Origin: Octopus vulgaris
Taxonomy: Eukaryota
Assembly: GCA_951406725.2 (NCBI GenBank)
Contig: OX597832.1
Location: 60,078,001 to 60,142,000, forward strand
Direction of reading: 5' to 3'
Length of the DNA: 64,000 bases
The notes under the pieces: generated by a model
Databases searched by the model: none
What the model saw: the letters and a program-made list of their open reading frames with translations, nothing else
What the model was told of the DNA's origin: nothing
Shown here: one piece after another, positions 41,231 to 55,254 of the stretch
Layout of the letters: each line of letters starts with the position of its first letter
How positions within the stretch are numbered: the stretch's first letter is position 1
Translations under genes and position numbers: made by a program

Positions 41231-42577
41231 TCAGCTGTTTCTTTGCGTTTAAGGATTGTTACGAGCCGGAATGTGTTCTCCAAGAACTGTTTCGAGAGCC
41301 AGATGTGTTCCACGCCGTGAATTCTACACTTAAACCAGATACGCCCCCAGCTTGCTTGTTTACGCAATTCTGATAAATTATTCTAAGGGAAAGACAAGCC
41401 CTTACTTTGTAACGTTAATAAATTGGAAAGCGTCATCAAAGAGCCGTCGTTGCCGTACTGTTGTTCAGGAAACAAAGCGAGCATAACAACAGAACTTTTC
41501 TCTTCTAGTTGTTAGTTTTTAATTAATCTAAAATGGAAGGGACAGAGGGTGTTGACGTAGAAAGATCAACATGGGATAAGAAAATTAAATAAAAGCAAAG
41601 TAAATAAATAGACCAACGAAGAGAAATTAGTCAAAGTCCGAAGGAATAGATTTTATTTTATTTTATTATTTTTCTGTTAAAATGAGCAGAAAATATAATG
41701 TTGAGAAAAATCAACGCAGAGTGTATTTTTTTATTGTTTTTTTTTTTATTGTTTTACTTGTTTCCGTCCTGACACTGCGGCCATGCTGGGGCACTGTCTC
41801 GAAGAATCTTAGTCTAATGGAGTGACCCAAGTACTTAGTTTTTAAAGCGCTGGTACTTATTCTATCGGTCGCTTTAGCCGAACTGCGAGGTTACGGGGAC
41901 GTAAACACACCAATATCGCTTCTCAAGAGGTGATAGAGGACGAAAACGAACGCGCACACGCATACAAACACACACATATATATATATAATTATATATATA
42001 TATATAGTATAGTATAGTGTAGTATAGTATAATATAGTATAGTATAGTATAGTATAATATAGTATAGGAGATCGAACAGTCAGGTAGAGGGTCCGTCATT
42101 CGTACGTAAGCCACAGTGTTGTCGTTTTAGTTGTTGGTTAGCTCAAGGTCACCCTTGAACAAACAGGTTTATATTCCTTTCTACAATATACACAAGACCT
42201 TAAATTTTGGAGGAGGGGTTAGATCATCCCATCGAACTCTTTGTTCAACTGATACTTATTTTATGAATCCTCAAAAGGATGTAAGGCAAAGTCGACCTCA
42301 GTGGAATTTGAGCTCAGAACATAAAAACCGGCGAAATGCCGCTAAGCACTTTGCCCAGCCTGCGGTCGATTCTATCATCTCGCTTCTTTAGCAAATCTAT
42401 AATCAAGTACATACAGTAGCAGTACGTGAGTGGTACTTTATTTTATCAACAGCATCTCAACTCAGAATGTGAACAACCGGAAGAAATGCTGCTAAGCATT
42501 TTGTCCAATATGCCAACGATTCTGCCATATTTCTGCCATGTTTCTGACTCGTTTCTGCCATGTTTCTAACTTGTTTC

Positions 42578-43180
42578 TTATTTCTTTATTACCCACAATG
42601 GGCTAAACATAGATGGGACAAACAAGGACAGACAAAGGAATTAAGTCGATTACATCGACCCCAGTGCGTAACTGGTACTTAATTTATCGACCCCACCGAA
42701 AGGATGAAAGGCAAAGTCGACCTCGGCGGAATTTGAACTCAGAACGTAACGGCAGACGAAATACCTATTTCTTTACTACCTACAAGGGGCTAAACATAGA
42801 GGGGACCAACAAGGACAGACAAACGGATTAAGTCGATTATATCGACCCCAGTACGTAACTGGTACTTATTTAATCGGCCCCGAAAGGATGAAAGGCAAAG
42901 TCGACCTCGGCGGAATTTGAACTCAGAACGTAGCGGCAGACGAAATACCTATTTCCTTATTACCCACAAGGGGCTAAACATAGAGGGGACAAACATGGAC
43001 AGACATAGGTATTAAGTCGATTATATCGACCCCAGTGCGTAACTGGTACTTAATTTATCGACCCCGAAAGGATGAAAGGCAAAGTCGACCTCGGCGGAAT
43101 TTGAACTCAGAACGTAGCGGCAGACGAAATACCGCTAAGCATTTCGCCCGGCGTGCTAACGTTTCTACCAGCTCGCCGCC
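42578..43180 (-). mobile_element. SINE A, head plus 3 tandem units, inserted in a short TTTCTG minisatellite
   Basis: Three units joined at GAAATACC|TATTTC; TTATTTCT at both ends (42578-85, 43181-88). Confidence 0.94.
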
Positions 43181-43277
43181 TTATTTCTGCTATATTTCTG
43201 ACTTGTTTCTAACTTAGGCAAGAGGCCAGTAGTTTTGAGAGAACGGTATTGGTAAGTGATGACTACTTCTCAAACAA

Positions 43278-43720
43278 GGCGCAGGAGTGGCTGTGTGGTA
43301 AGAAGCTTGCTTCCCAACCACATGGTTCCAGATTCAGACCCACTGCGAGGTACCTTGGGCAAGTGTCTTCTACTATAGCCTCGGGCCGATCAAAGCCTTG
43401 TCAGTGGATTTGGTAGGCGGAAACTGAAAGAAGCCCGTCATGTTTATATATATATATATGTATGTATGTGTGTATGTATGTATGTTAGTGTGTGTGTGTG
43501 TGTATGTATTTGTGTGTTAGTGTTTGTCCTCCCACCATCGCTTGATAACCGATGTTGGTGTGTTTACGTCCCCGTAACATTAACGCTTCGGCAGAAAGAT
43601 AGCGATAGAATAAGTACAAGGCGTACAAAGCATAACTCCTGCAGTCGATTTGTTCAACTAAAAGACAGTGCTCCAGCTTGGCTGCAGCCAAATGACTAAA
43701 ACAAGTAAAAGAATAAAAGA
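43278..43720 (+). mobile_element. SINE B, full length
   Basis: GGCGCAGGAGTGGCTGTGTGGTAAGAAGCTTGCTTCCCAACC...AAACAAGTAAAAGAATAAAAGA. Confidence 0.92.
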
Positions 43721-43825
43721 CCACTAGTGACTGGTGCTTTATGTTTTTCGACCCTAAAAGGACGGAGGGCAAAGTTGAACTCAAAGCGTACAGAGTCGGA
43801 AGGAATGCCACAAGGGTGATGGAAG

Positions 43826-44190
43826 CATGACGACGAAGGTTCCGGTTGATCCGAATCAACGGAACAGCCTGCTCGTGAAATTAACGTGTAAGTGGCTGAG
43901 CACTCCACAGACACGTGTACCCTTAACGTAGTTCTCGGGGATATTCAGCGTGACACAGAGAGTGACAAGGCCGGCCCTTTGAAATACAGGTACAACAGAA
44001 ACAGGAAGTAAGAGTGAGAGAAAGTTGTGGTGAAAGAGTACAGCAGGGATCACCACCATCCCCTGCCGGAGCCTCGTAGAGCTTTAGGTGTTTTCACTCA
44101 ATAAACACTCATAACGCCCGGTCTGGGAATCGAAACCGCGATCCTATGACCGCGAGTCCGCTGCCCTAACCACTGGGTCATTGCACCTCC
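43826..44190 (-). mobile_element. SINE head C + tail E
   Basis: Head is the reverse complement of 56689ff; tail homologous to tail E of the head-D copies. Confidence 0.9.
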
Positions 44191-44941
44191 ACGCCGCAAG
44201 GGTACTTTTCGTGTCGCTCTAGCAATTTTACCAATTCTAAAGCTTGTAAAAAGCAATCAATAAAGATGGAACATTCTTAATTACATTCTCTGTGGTCTGC
44301 TGAACTACTTTACAATCACGACTCGCGACGCTATAAAGGCAAAAGTGAATTTTATTTATATTTATTTTGATCCCGTTATCTAAGTTCTAATAGGAAATAT
44401 TTTGTTTGATTTTTCTTTTTATATATTATAATTTCGTTTATCATTTTCTTTGGCAGACGCGTAAAACATAAAACATAGCAACGTACCTGTTTCCAACTTC
44501 GTATCTCTTTGTCCATGTATATATCTGTATGTATGGCATCCTTCTGTTTGATTGTGTGTGTGTGTGCGTATATATGTATATGTGTGTGCGTGTGAGGGGC
44601 GTGCGCGCGTGTGTATGTGTGTGTGTGTGTGGTGTGATTACTTCACAAAACAACTACCACCTCTAGAACATCAATCTACATAGAGATATTGCCAACACAC
44701 TGGACAATGCCGCTCCTTATGTTTTTTTGGCATCATGCAGACACACTCACACACACTCACACACACTCACACTCACACACACTCACACTCACACAGACAC
44801 ACACACGCGCGCGCGTGCGTACAATGTCGCACATAGATTATATATAATTCTTACTCCAAAAGCTAGAGATAAATGCCTATATATACATATACATATATAT
44901 ATAACTACCTACCAACCTACATACACACAATATATATATAC

Positions 44942-44977
<36 letters not shown>

Positions 44978-44989
44978 GCTGGTAGGTAG

Positions 44990-45023
<34 letters not shown>

Positions 45024-45165
45024 TGCTGACGAAGTAAAATATATAATTGATTTTCTTCTCATGTAAACGTTCATACCCATATACATACATACACACACAC
45101 ATACACATATATATATATATATACATACAAATACCTACATATATGTATACACATATACATATATA

Positions 45166-45226
<61 letters not shown>

Positions 45227-45927
45227 GTATATACATATATATATGTAAATACATACACACACAAATATATACATATATATACGCACACATAAACACACAT
45301 ACATATCGTAATGAGTTAGTAAAATATAAATATATAAATATATATTCAAGAAAATTTACACTGCACCGGTTTTATTTGTATTGTTATATATATTTATTTG
45401 TTGCGCTTTTATCTTTCTCTTAAGCAAATCTAAAATCAAGTCGTCAGAATTTCTTGCAATTTCAAAACTTAGAAACTTCTTGCGACATAAAAGAAAAAAT
45501 TCTTTTAAAATATTTAAAAAATATAAATAAATTTATCTAAAACAAATCAAGAAATATAAGAAAAAATGCCGAGAAAAATAACATAGAGATAGTCATGAAC
45601 GCGCCAAATCTCATCTTAGTTAAGCCTTGCTTCGAGATTGGTGGCGCCCCCTAAGCCTTATCTTCTTAGATAATCTCTTGTTTTTAGCTTAACGATGCCA
45701 TTTTATTTTCAGTTTCCCTATGTCCAGGAGAGAAGAGGGAAAAAGAAATGATAAAATAATAGCCTGCTTTCATTACCGGTTACGTCAGGCTTTCATTACT
45801 ATATACAGATATGTATATATATATATACATGCATACATGTATGTATGTATGTATATATATATATAACATGTATATATAAAACTCTGCATATATAATTAAA
45901 TATATATATTTATATTATGTATAAGTA

Positions 45928-45958
<31 letters not shown>

Positions 45959-48124
45959 ATATATGTATATATATATGTATATATATATACATATATACAT
46001 GCATATATATACATATTTATATCTATATATACATTTATATAGGTATATATACGTTTGTGTAAATGCTTCTATATATGTGTACTTACATGCATAAACATAT
46101 ATATGTATGTGTATATTTATATATATATTTATATGTATGTGTGTATGATATATGCATACATACACACATACATACATATACATATAAATATATATTTATA
46201 TATATTTATACACATGTGTGCTTGCGTTTGTATGAGCGTGTGTGTGTGTGACTGTGTGTGAGTGTGTGTGTTATATAGGTATCTCTATCTTTTAAGGTAC
46301 TAATTAATAAGACAATAATGATAAAATAGAATTCACAAGAAAAAGTTAACGAAGATGTAAAAAAAAACTTGCTTAAGATCTTGAATACAAATTTTTGCAA
46401 TTCTTGATTTGGGAGCCAAGAATTGTTGTTGATGATGTTTTGATGTCTAAGTTAAGAATTAAAAGAACTAATACCATGATGCTGTGGTGTTGACCTGGTA
46501 TGGAGACTAATCCTTCCTTTAATAAAAGCCTCAGTGTTTTGGACGAGGCTTTTTTCTCTTTTCTTTTTTGAAACTTTCCGACCTCAATCATGTTGGATTT
46601 CTTATGCATTTTGTCTCTCCTAAAGAAAATTCTATTCTCTAATTCTTTTTCGATTTTTTCCCCATTGTCTTCTTTTTACATTCTTTGAATGCTTTCTTTG
46701 CCTTTTATTTTGGTTTGCTTTTTTTTATAGCTGATGTTGATGTAGGTTGTGTGTTGTACGAATAATTAGAATTGACATCATCTGTGACTGAGAACCTATT
46801 TTGAAACCAATTTTTATTACCAACGAGAAGGACGCCATTTCACATCGACTTACTATAATGAGTATCTCTGCATTAAGAGTGTCATTTCTTCTATTTGAGC
46901 CAAGTTAATGCAGGGCCATATTGCGTTAAATTGTTCTTTTATTGCCAGCCAAGATTATTCTCACCATGCGTTCATAAATTTATCACACTATAAAATAGTA
47001 ATTATGAAAATCTTGTGTAATCTCCCAGGATCCTAAGAGGCTAACTAGTTTGCTGGATTACGTTAGAGAAAAATCAATGCTGCGTAAAAGCGAAAGTATG
47101 CGGTATGATATTTTACCAGAAGAAACCGAAATATCTAACAAGATCAAAAATAATGGCTCGAACTGGTATGTGTTAGAATTTCACAAGTCTCAAGAGGTGT
47201 TTAACCCTTTGCTCGTCTTGTGCATCAAATGTGACACACAGGGTATATTTCTCAGGCGTTCGGTCATCTTATATGATATAGATTCCCGGGGTTTTTTTGT
47301 CAACCACCAGAGTAACTTAGGACTTATGAAAGGAAAGCTTTATATAAATTGAAACTTTCAAAACAAAAGCTAAATCAAATTTCTAGAACAAGCATGGACG
47401 ATTGGGACAAAACTTAGGGAAATGCTTTAGACAGGCAGAGGGTCAATTAAGGAGTGCCTGGGGTGGTCAGTGTCAAGAAGAGTTGAATGAGGAGACGAGT
47501 AGTGGACTGTGCCACGAAGAGCTAACTCTTTGCCTGTTCTGTTTATCATGTGTAGTACAAACGACATATTTCCTTGGTTTCCATGCATTATATGAGATAC
47601 ACGTTACTCATATCTTTTTAATCTTTAGAGTAACATGGGACTTACGTAAAGAAAGATTTATGTTACTTAGAAACAAAGATTAATTAAAAGTCTGGAAACA
47701 CGCTCAGAAGTTTAGGACAAACTTATGAAAAGGCTTTCGACAAGTAAAAAGTTACAGAGCTATGGAAGCAACATGGCCAAATGGCTAAGAATTTCTCTTC
47801 GCTGTCACCAGGACTTGGATTCGATTCCACCGCGTGATCTCTCGGAGAAATGTGGTTTTCTGTAGCCTCCAACTGATGCAAAACTTTCGAGTGAAAATAG
47901 AGAGGATGAAATCTTGTGCGGTGAGGCGTGGGATTGTGTGTACTTGAGACTCAAAGAATCCAGCCTTCCTTATCACAATCTCTGTCACGCTGATTCCGCT
48001 GAAAAACTGCATTAAGGCTAACTGTGTCTTTGGAATACTCAGGCACTTATAAACAGCATGTTGTGTTTTCTTTATATTTAGTGCTGGCCACATACATCAT
48101 CATCAACGAGCATCAGTTGACATT

Positions 48125-48860
48125 TTGGTTTCAAATTTTTTGACACAAGGCCTGTAATTTCGGGGAGAGAAAAAGTCGAGTACAGCGGCACCAGTTCTCA
48201 ACCAGTACTTATTTTATCGACCCCAAAAAGCAAAGTTGACCCAGGCGGAATTTGAACTCAGAACATTAAAATAAATGGAATGCCGTTAAACGTTCGGCCC
48301 TGCGCGTTTACGTTCTGCCAGCTCGCCGTTAACATTATATTCTAATTTTAAAAAATAGTTACATTGAACGTTTAGCAGCTACTGGAATCGAAACCGCTAT
48401 GTCATCATCAATTTCGAAGCCAGTTTAAAGCTCAGTGAAGTTCCGTGCTGCTGCTGTATTTTTAATGTTGATCACAACATTGTCGATGAACGATAACTGA
48501 CAAAATGATTGCTTTATTATTCTTTTATTCTTTTATATATTTCAGCTCTGAGGCTGCGGCTATGCTGGGGCTTTGCTTATATGTAAATTTCTAAAAATAA
48601 AATAAAATGGAACTTTTACCACCTGGAATTGAAACTTCTATGACGCCGTTAATATCGAAGTGATCCTAAAGCTCAGTAAAGAGCTTTTGTGTTGCTGCTA
48701 TATTTTTAATGTTAACTATATACTTTTCTACTCTAGGCACAAGGCCCGAGATTTTTGGGGAGGGGCCAGTCGATGAGATTAACCCCAGGACGCAACTGGT
48801 ACTTAATTTATCGAACCCAAAAGGATGAAAGGAAAAGTCGACTTCGGCGGAATTTGAATG
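48125..48860 (-). mobile_element. Two SINE A short-tail copies (48125-48330, 48722-48860)
   Basis: GGCGGAATTTGAA, TTATCGA.CCC and ACAAGGCC motifs. Confidence 0.82.
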
Positions 48861-48934
48861 CTACTTATATCACTGTCAATGTGCAATGACTGATGTACGG
48901 AATGTTTATATGCTAATTTTAAAACAAAACAGGT

Positions 48935-49245
48935 TCTCCGTCGGTTACGATGATGAGCGTTCCGGTTGAACCGATCAACGGAACAGCCTGCTCATGAAAT
49001 TGAGGTGCAAGTGGCTGAGCACTCCACAGACACTCGCGCCCTTAATGTAATTCTCAGGCAGATTCAGTGTGACACAGAGTGTGACAAAGTCGGTTCTTTG
49101 AATTACACGTACAACTTAACTGTGCCAGCTGGGTGGCCTGGAGTAACGTGAAATAAAGTTTCTTGCTCAAGGCCACAACGCGCCACCCAGAACCGAACTC
49201 ACGATCGTGAGCCGATCCCCGTAACCACTGAGCCACGCGCCGTCA
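48935..49245 (-). mobile_element. SINE head D + tail E
   Basis: Homologous to 18889-19201. Confidence 0.87.
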
Positions 49246-49299
49246 CCATTGAACATTAATTGACACACTTAATGATTTTATGCTAATTAAAAATACTCT

Positions 49300-49672
49300 T
49301 TTACTATTTTAATCTTTTATTTATTTCAGTCATATGACTGTGGCCATACTGGAGCACCGCATTAAGTTGAGTAAATCGATCCCAGGACTTATCGGTCTCT
49401 TTTGCCGAACCGCTAAATTACGGGGACGTAAACACACCAGCATCGGTTGTCAAGCGATATTGGGGGAACAAACATACACACACACACATATATATACATA
49501 CATATATACGACGGGCTTCTTTCAGTTTCCGTCTACCAAATCTACTCACAAGGCTTTGGTCGGCCCGAGGCTATAGTAGAAGACACTTGCCCAAGGTGCC
49601 ATACTGTGGGACTGAACCCGGAACTACGTGGCTGGTAAGCAAGCTACTTAGCACAATGCCACTCCTATGCCT
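49300..49672 (-). mobile_element. SINE B
   Basis: Reverse complement of the 43278-type consensus. Confidence 0.9.
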
Positions 49673-49691
49673 AATAATAATAATAATAATG

Positions 49692-49731
<40 letters not shown>

Positions 49732-49732
<1 letters not shown>

Positions 49733-50045
49733 TCATTCTTTTATTAACCACAAGGGCTCACATGATATAACATTAAAAGACATGCTACAACATAAAAGAT
49801 AAAAACAGGACGATACAATAGGTTTTCCGCGTCTAAACAATTTGAATAACAATTAAAATTTAACCAATTTTAACACCCAATAGGGGAGGCGCTTTAAGGT
49901 CCTCGCGGAAAAACCCAGGAAAACCACAGGTGCTTGATCTACAAATCAAGAGCCCTTCTCCTTTAATTTCCTTTTTATAGGTACGCGCTGAGAATTGATT
50001 CTTTCACACAAGCCATTCTTCCAACATTCACCCACCTTTCAATAA
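49732..50045 (-). mobile_element. Tx1/L1-like LINE 3' end (last ORF2 codons plus 3' UTR) ending in (ATT)n
   Basis: Reverse complement encodes IERWVNVGRMACVKESILSAYL* (stop 49975-77), like the F..RW....LC.V C-terminus of Tx1-clade ORF2; ends AGCCCTTGTGGTTAATAAAAGAAT-(ATT)n. Confidence 0.6.
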
Positions 50046-50891
50046 TTATAACGAACGTTTCCTAACCACCTGAAATCGAAACCGCTATGCCATCGTCAAT
50101 TTCAAAGTCATCAAAATCTCACTGAAGACTTCATGTGTTATTGCTGTATTTTTTAGTGCTGACCACATCATTGCCAATGACCATTAACTGAAATATTGAA
50201 TGTTTATATGCTAATTTCGTAGGATGTAATGTGATTGCTTGTCTGAACAAATGGCGTGGAATATCTTTGAATGCTAATTTTACTCAGCCTCGTCCTCGCT
50301 CAATGTCTGTTTAAATGTGTGTCAACTAATTACTATGCAATATCTTCAGCATTTATTGTTGTGATTATTCTTGTTATTGTTGTTGCTGTTGTTGTTATTG
50401 TTGTTGGTTTTTTTTTTATATTTTCCATCAATAATTGTTATTGTTATTATTGATATTGTTTGCGTTTTTTTGTTTTCGTTTTGTTTTTTGTATATGTTGT
50501 GTTTTGTTTTTCTTAGTTTAATCGATTAAAAAAAATTATTCTTTTTTTTTTGCAGAATTATATTGTTTTGTTTTTTGTTATTTCATTATCATTTTTTTAT
50601 TTATTTTATTGATAATTTTTTATTGCGTTCAATTGCTGCTTGTTCTTGAATTTTCCGGGGTTTTTTTTTCTTCTAAATTTTTATGTTTTTATAATGATGG
50701 TTAGGGAAGCGAATGAAAGAAAAAGAGAGAAAGCGAGAAAGAGAGAGAGACACACACACACACACAGAAAGGGAGATAGATTAAAGAGACATAGAGAAAA
50801 AAAGAGAGAGAAAGAGAGAGAGAATAGTGTCGTATGTGTGTATGGCAGAGAGAGGGCGAGAGAGAGAGATAAAGAAAGACAGAAAATCTAT

Positions 50892-50935
<44 letters not shown>

Positions 50936-51264
50936 TGTGGATGTGTGTGGGGGGTACCTTGTGTGTGTGTATGCATTAGCGTATGTATGTGAAAGTGCGT
51001 GCGTGTTGAACCGTAGTTATTTTTCTTAAATGCAACACGTTCGGGTTCTAATTTATCTAATTGATGTTATGTAATTATATATATTTTTTATTCATTCGCA
51101 TATTTATTTATTCATTTATTTATTTATTTATTTATTTTTCTGTTAGTGCTGTCACTGGTTGCCTTTTATTTATTGCTTGTTTGTTTTTGTTTCGTTTTGT
51201 TTCTTGTTTTGTTTTGTTCCGTTTGTTTATTTTTTTTACCCCGAGATTATAAGTTTGAATACAT

Positions 51265-51500
51265 TTTCTAATTAATAGATTGTTTAATCATCTAATTAAG
51301 TAATTAATAAGTTTAAATAAATGTGAATAAGTTACGACCTTCGTTAAAACGCTACGTTTATTCCTGCCAATTTTCAGGTCTTCCTGTGGCATTTAACTAT
51401 TTTTTTCCACCATTCCTTACTGATTTACCTTCCATTTGCAAATGGCAGCCTGGTATTTTCTCTGCTTTAATGGCCGCCGTTACAGCTATGAGATTTTATA
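51265..51500. promoter_or_regulatory. Candidate developmental enhancer / conserved non-coding element
   Basis: Several TAATTA sites, TGATTTAC (51421), perfect palindrome CCATTTGCAAATGG (51432-45) and TTAATGGCC (~51467) in unique sequence. Confidence 0.25.
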
Positions 51501-51861
51501 TCTTTTTTTTCTACTTTTATAATCTTTGTTATATTTTGTTTGTATTCTGCTTTATTATCCTTTTGCTTTCTTTTTCGCCCGCTACAAAATAAAAAATAGC
51601 AAATAAAAAAAACAAGATAGTGAGGCGTATCGCGTATCAAATTAACCATTTAACCATTTAACATTATCAAAAATTACCTTGCTAACATATTCTGTAGTTC
51701 TTTGGCTTGTTTTAGCCATCAGAACCAACGTTATACTGGAGCACCGCTTTCACTGTTCTAACATATTTTCATAGAATATCCATAATAGATATGGTTGCTA
51801 TTATGACAAAATTGTTTTTACTGAAAACAATTCCAGAAGACAATCAGTTGTTGTGATGGTT

Positions 51862-51892
<31 letters not shown>

Positions 51893-52009
51893 CTTCTTCT
51901 TCTTCTTCTTCTTCTTCTTCTTCTTCTTCTTCTTCTTCTTCTTCTTCTTTCAGTCAGGACTCATGCCATTAGCCACAAAGAATAATCTCTAATTCGAGCC
52001 TACTCTAAG

Positions 52010-52371
52010 CTACTAAGAATGCGTGCGGCAACTTGAAGATCCACCCACCACCCGCGATAGAGTGGGGATTGCACGGGCGCGAAAGCTACGTTGTTATCCT
52101 CATTCCGTAAACGGTGGCTTTTGACGGGTGGAGAACTGGATAATCCTGGGGTACATATGATTCGCAATCTAGACTAGTTCCTCTGCTTTGTGGCAGAAGT
52201 AGGAAGAAAGAGTGAGAGAAAGTTGTGGTGAAAGAGTACAGTGGGGTTCACCCCATCCTCACCGGAGCCTTGTGGAGCTTAATAAACACTCACAATCCTC
52301 GGTCTGGGAATCGAAATCGCGTTCTTACGACCGCGAGTCCGCTACCCTAACCACTGGGCCATTACCCTTCC
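52010..52371 (-). mobile_element. SINE head C with a further distinct tail
   Basis: GGTCTGGGAATCGAAATCGCG..CCGCGAGTCCGCTACCCTAACCACTGGGCCATT, plus AGAGTGAGAGAAAGTTGTGGTGAAAGAGTACAG shared with 44010ff. Confidence 0.8.
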
Positions 52372-52394
52372 ACTGTTGCTGCTGTTGTTGTTGA

Positions 52395-52775
52395 TTACAT
52401 TGACCCCCCAGTGATTCACTGGTACTTAATTTATCGACCCCGAAAGAATGAAAGGCAAAATCGATCTCGATGGAATTTGAACTCAGAAAGTGAAGTCGGA
52501 TGAAATGCCGCTAAGCATTTACTCCGGCGTACTAACTATTCTGCCAGCTCATCGCCTCAAGGATTGTTAACAGTTCTTTCTACTCGTTCCGGCATAAAGC
52601 CAACAGATTTGAAGGGAGGGACTAGTCAATTCCAACGGCTGCAGTGCTTGCCTAGTGCTTATTCTAAAGGCCCCGAAAGATTGAAACACAAAGTCGATAT
52701 CGGTGGCATTTGAGCTCAAAAATTAATAAGTCAGAAGTGTCGCCAAACATTACACACTACGAGCCAACAAGCTCA
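52395..52775 (-). mobile_element. Two diverged SINE A copies
   Basis: GGTACTTAATTTATCGACCCCGAAAG..GGAATTTGAACTCAG..TCTGCCAGCTC. Confidence 0.8.
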
Positions 52776-52799
52776 CAGCCTTAAGGATTCCTATTAACC

Positions 52800-52955
52800 C
52801 CCTAGCAAGGGGCGGCAGGGGCGTTCCGCCGCGGGCGGCATTTTTAGAGGGGCGGCACTTTTGGGTCTGCTCTAGGCAGTATGTGTTTTTTGAGGGGTCC
52901 GAGGACAGCAAACGGAAGAGCCGCCACGGCCCCACACACCCTAGCTACACTAGTG
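52800..52955. mobile_element. GC-rich hAT-like MITE remnant
   Basis: Right end CCCTAGCTACACTAGTG resembles the reverse complement of CAGTGGCGTAGCTAGGG termini; internal GGGGCGGCA repeats. Confidence 0.5.
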
Positions 52956-54277
52956 CATCAATTCCTGTATTCAACCAATACTTGTATTATCAACCCCAAA
53001 AATATGAAACGAAAAGTTGACCTTTGTAGAAAATGAACTGAACATTTTGTCCGACGCGTCAACGATTCTGTCAGATCGCCACCTTAAAAATTCCCAATAA
53101 TGAATGCCAGTTGTACGACAAAATCCTTCTGACATAAAAGATGAATACGTCCAAGTGGATTGACTGCTATATTCTACCTTTGTATTGACTTTTAACAAAA
53201 ACGAGAAGACAAAATGGCGGAAGAAACTATAAAAGGGAGATAACCCAATAGCTTGTGTATATGAAGAGTTTTTGAAAACGAAATATTTACCTATTGTTTT
53301 AACGATCTCCATGTAAAGTTTCTTGGGGCATTAACAAGTTGATTAGTTAATAATATAATATTTAATTAGTTTTATAACAAAATAATTCTAAATTAGTGTA
53401 TGACAAAATACTCCTTGATTAGTTAATAACAAGATACTCCTTAATAATGCGATAGCTGAAAGTCCTGGCCTCTGAGCATACGGCTAAAACTATTCTTTAC
53501 TCAACCCATCAATTTGTGTTTCAAGAAACAAACACAACAACAGCCTATGTAATTAATATTCATAAATGCAAATATCAATGAATTTATTATTCATCAATGC
53601 AAATATAAAGTAGAAGAACAAAAAGATTTTCTTTTTATTTTAATTAGAAGTTAATGTAAGGTGACGAATAGTTGGAGCAATGGACGAAATATTTCGTGGT
53701 ATTTTTGTTAGGTTCATTTACATTCCAAGTTGAAATTCCGTCACGATTGAATTTGTTCTTAATCCTTCCTTACGTCATTAATACGACTGCATCCCCTGGT
53801 GACTTCCTTGGCAAATACTAAGATACTCTAATGAATATCTTAGGGGACTTCAAAAGAGATTCCCATAACCTTTCGCCTGGAGTTTTTTATATTTTATTTT
53901 TTGCCAGACACTATATTATCGGTTATAGCCACTTTTGAGAGACAGACAAACATACAGAGATAGAGAGACAGAGGTGGGGAGTGAGGAAAACGGTGAAGCC
54001 TGAAGAAAGAAGAAAACCCAACTGGATGCTTGGCATTTTATATCTGTCGACTGCACAAAGATGAGCGGTAAAGTCGGACTCAGCTGGGTTCGAAGTGAAG
54101 ACGTAAAAGAACGGAAGAAATACAACAAAATATAATTTATCCGAGTCTGTCGTATCGATGTCCACTTCCATTCTGAAGAGGTTCATAAAAGCAGCAATCA
54201 AGTCTTCGAGAATCAATTTCATCGACATCGCAATTTTCGGACTTGTGCCAATTTAAAGGAATCTTAACAAAAACAGT

Positions 54278-54589
<312 letters not shown>

Positions 54590-55220
54590 GAAGTTGGCGA
54601 GCGGGCAGAACTGTTAATACCTCGAACAAAATGCGAACTCCAAATTGCTGGCTTTGTGCTAAAATTTCGAACAAATGCAGTGTCTGACATAGATACCGAT
54701 CCCAGGTTTGGGGACGTGGCGGGTGGCAATGCATAATCGATTTTGTTTGATCTCAGTACTTGACAGGTTCCACAGTGCATGGACCGAGGGAAGATGATCT
54801 TGGCGCCATTTGAACTTGGAGTTCAAAAGGCTTCAACTAAATACTGCGTTGTGTTTTATCCGTCTTTCTGACGATTCCGCTAATTCGCCGTTCTACAACA
54901 GTCACTAACTTGCATTATTTAACATGACATTACCAAACCCAGTAACGCAAAACCTGTATTACTAACATGTAAACCAGTTTGTTTGGGCTTTTAACTTTAG
55001 GGAACCGGTTTTGAGTAGGGAGTAGGGACGGGGATGGAATGTATTTGGAACAAAATACTAAACGTTTCATATTGCGAAACATTTACTTATCTCTGGATAC
55101 TTTCAATGTTTCTAACATTCCTGTTAGAATGGTTCATATTCGGGTACACCTTGAACACTCCTTAACAACAACAACAACAGCAACAACAACAAGAATAATA
55201 ATAATCATCATCATCGTCAA

Positions 55221-55254
<34 letters not shown>

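Noticed and set aside
40109-41367. Long ORFs of 250-375 aa (MYVC/HTYI repeats) and similar IYIY, poly-N/L/S/V ORFs throughout
   Set aside because: Translations of stop-free microsatellites; open in several frames on both strands; no protein features.
46795-46809. WFQNR homeobox-like peptide on the minus strand
   Set aside because: Context is GNKNWFQNRFSVT: no helix 1/2, no following basic residues and no splice acceptor. More likely chance or a decayed LINE ORF1-type NRFS motif.
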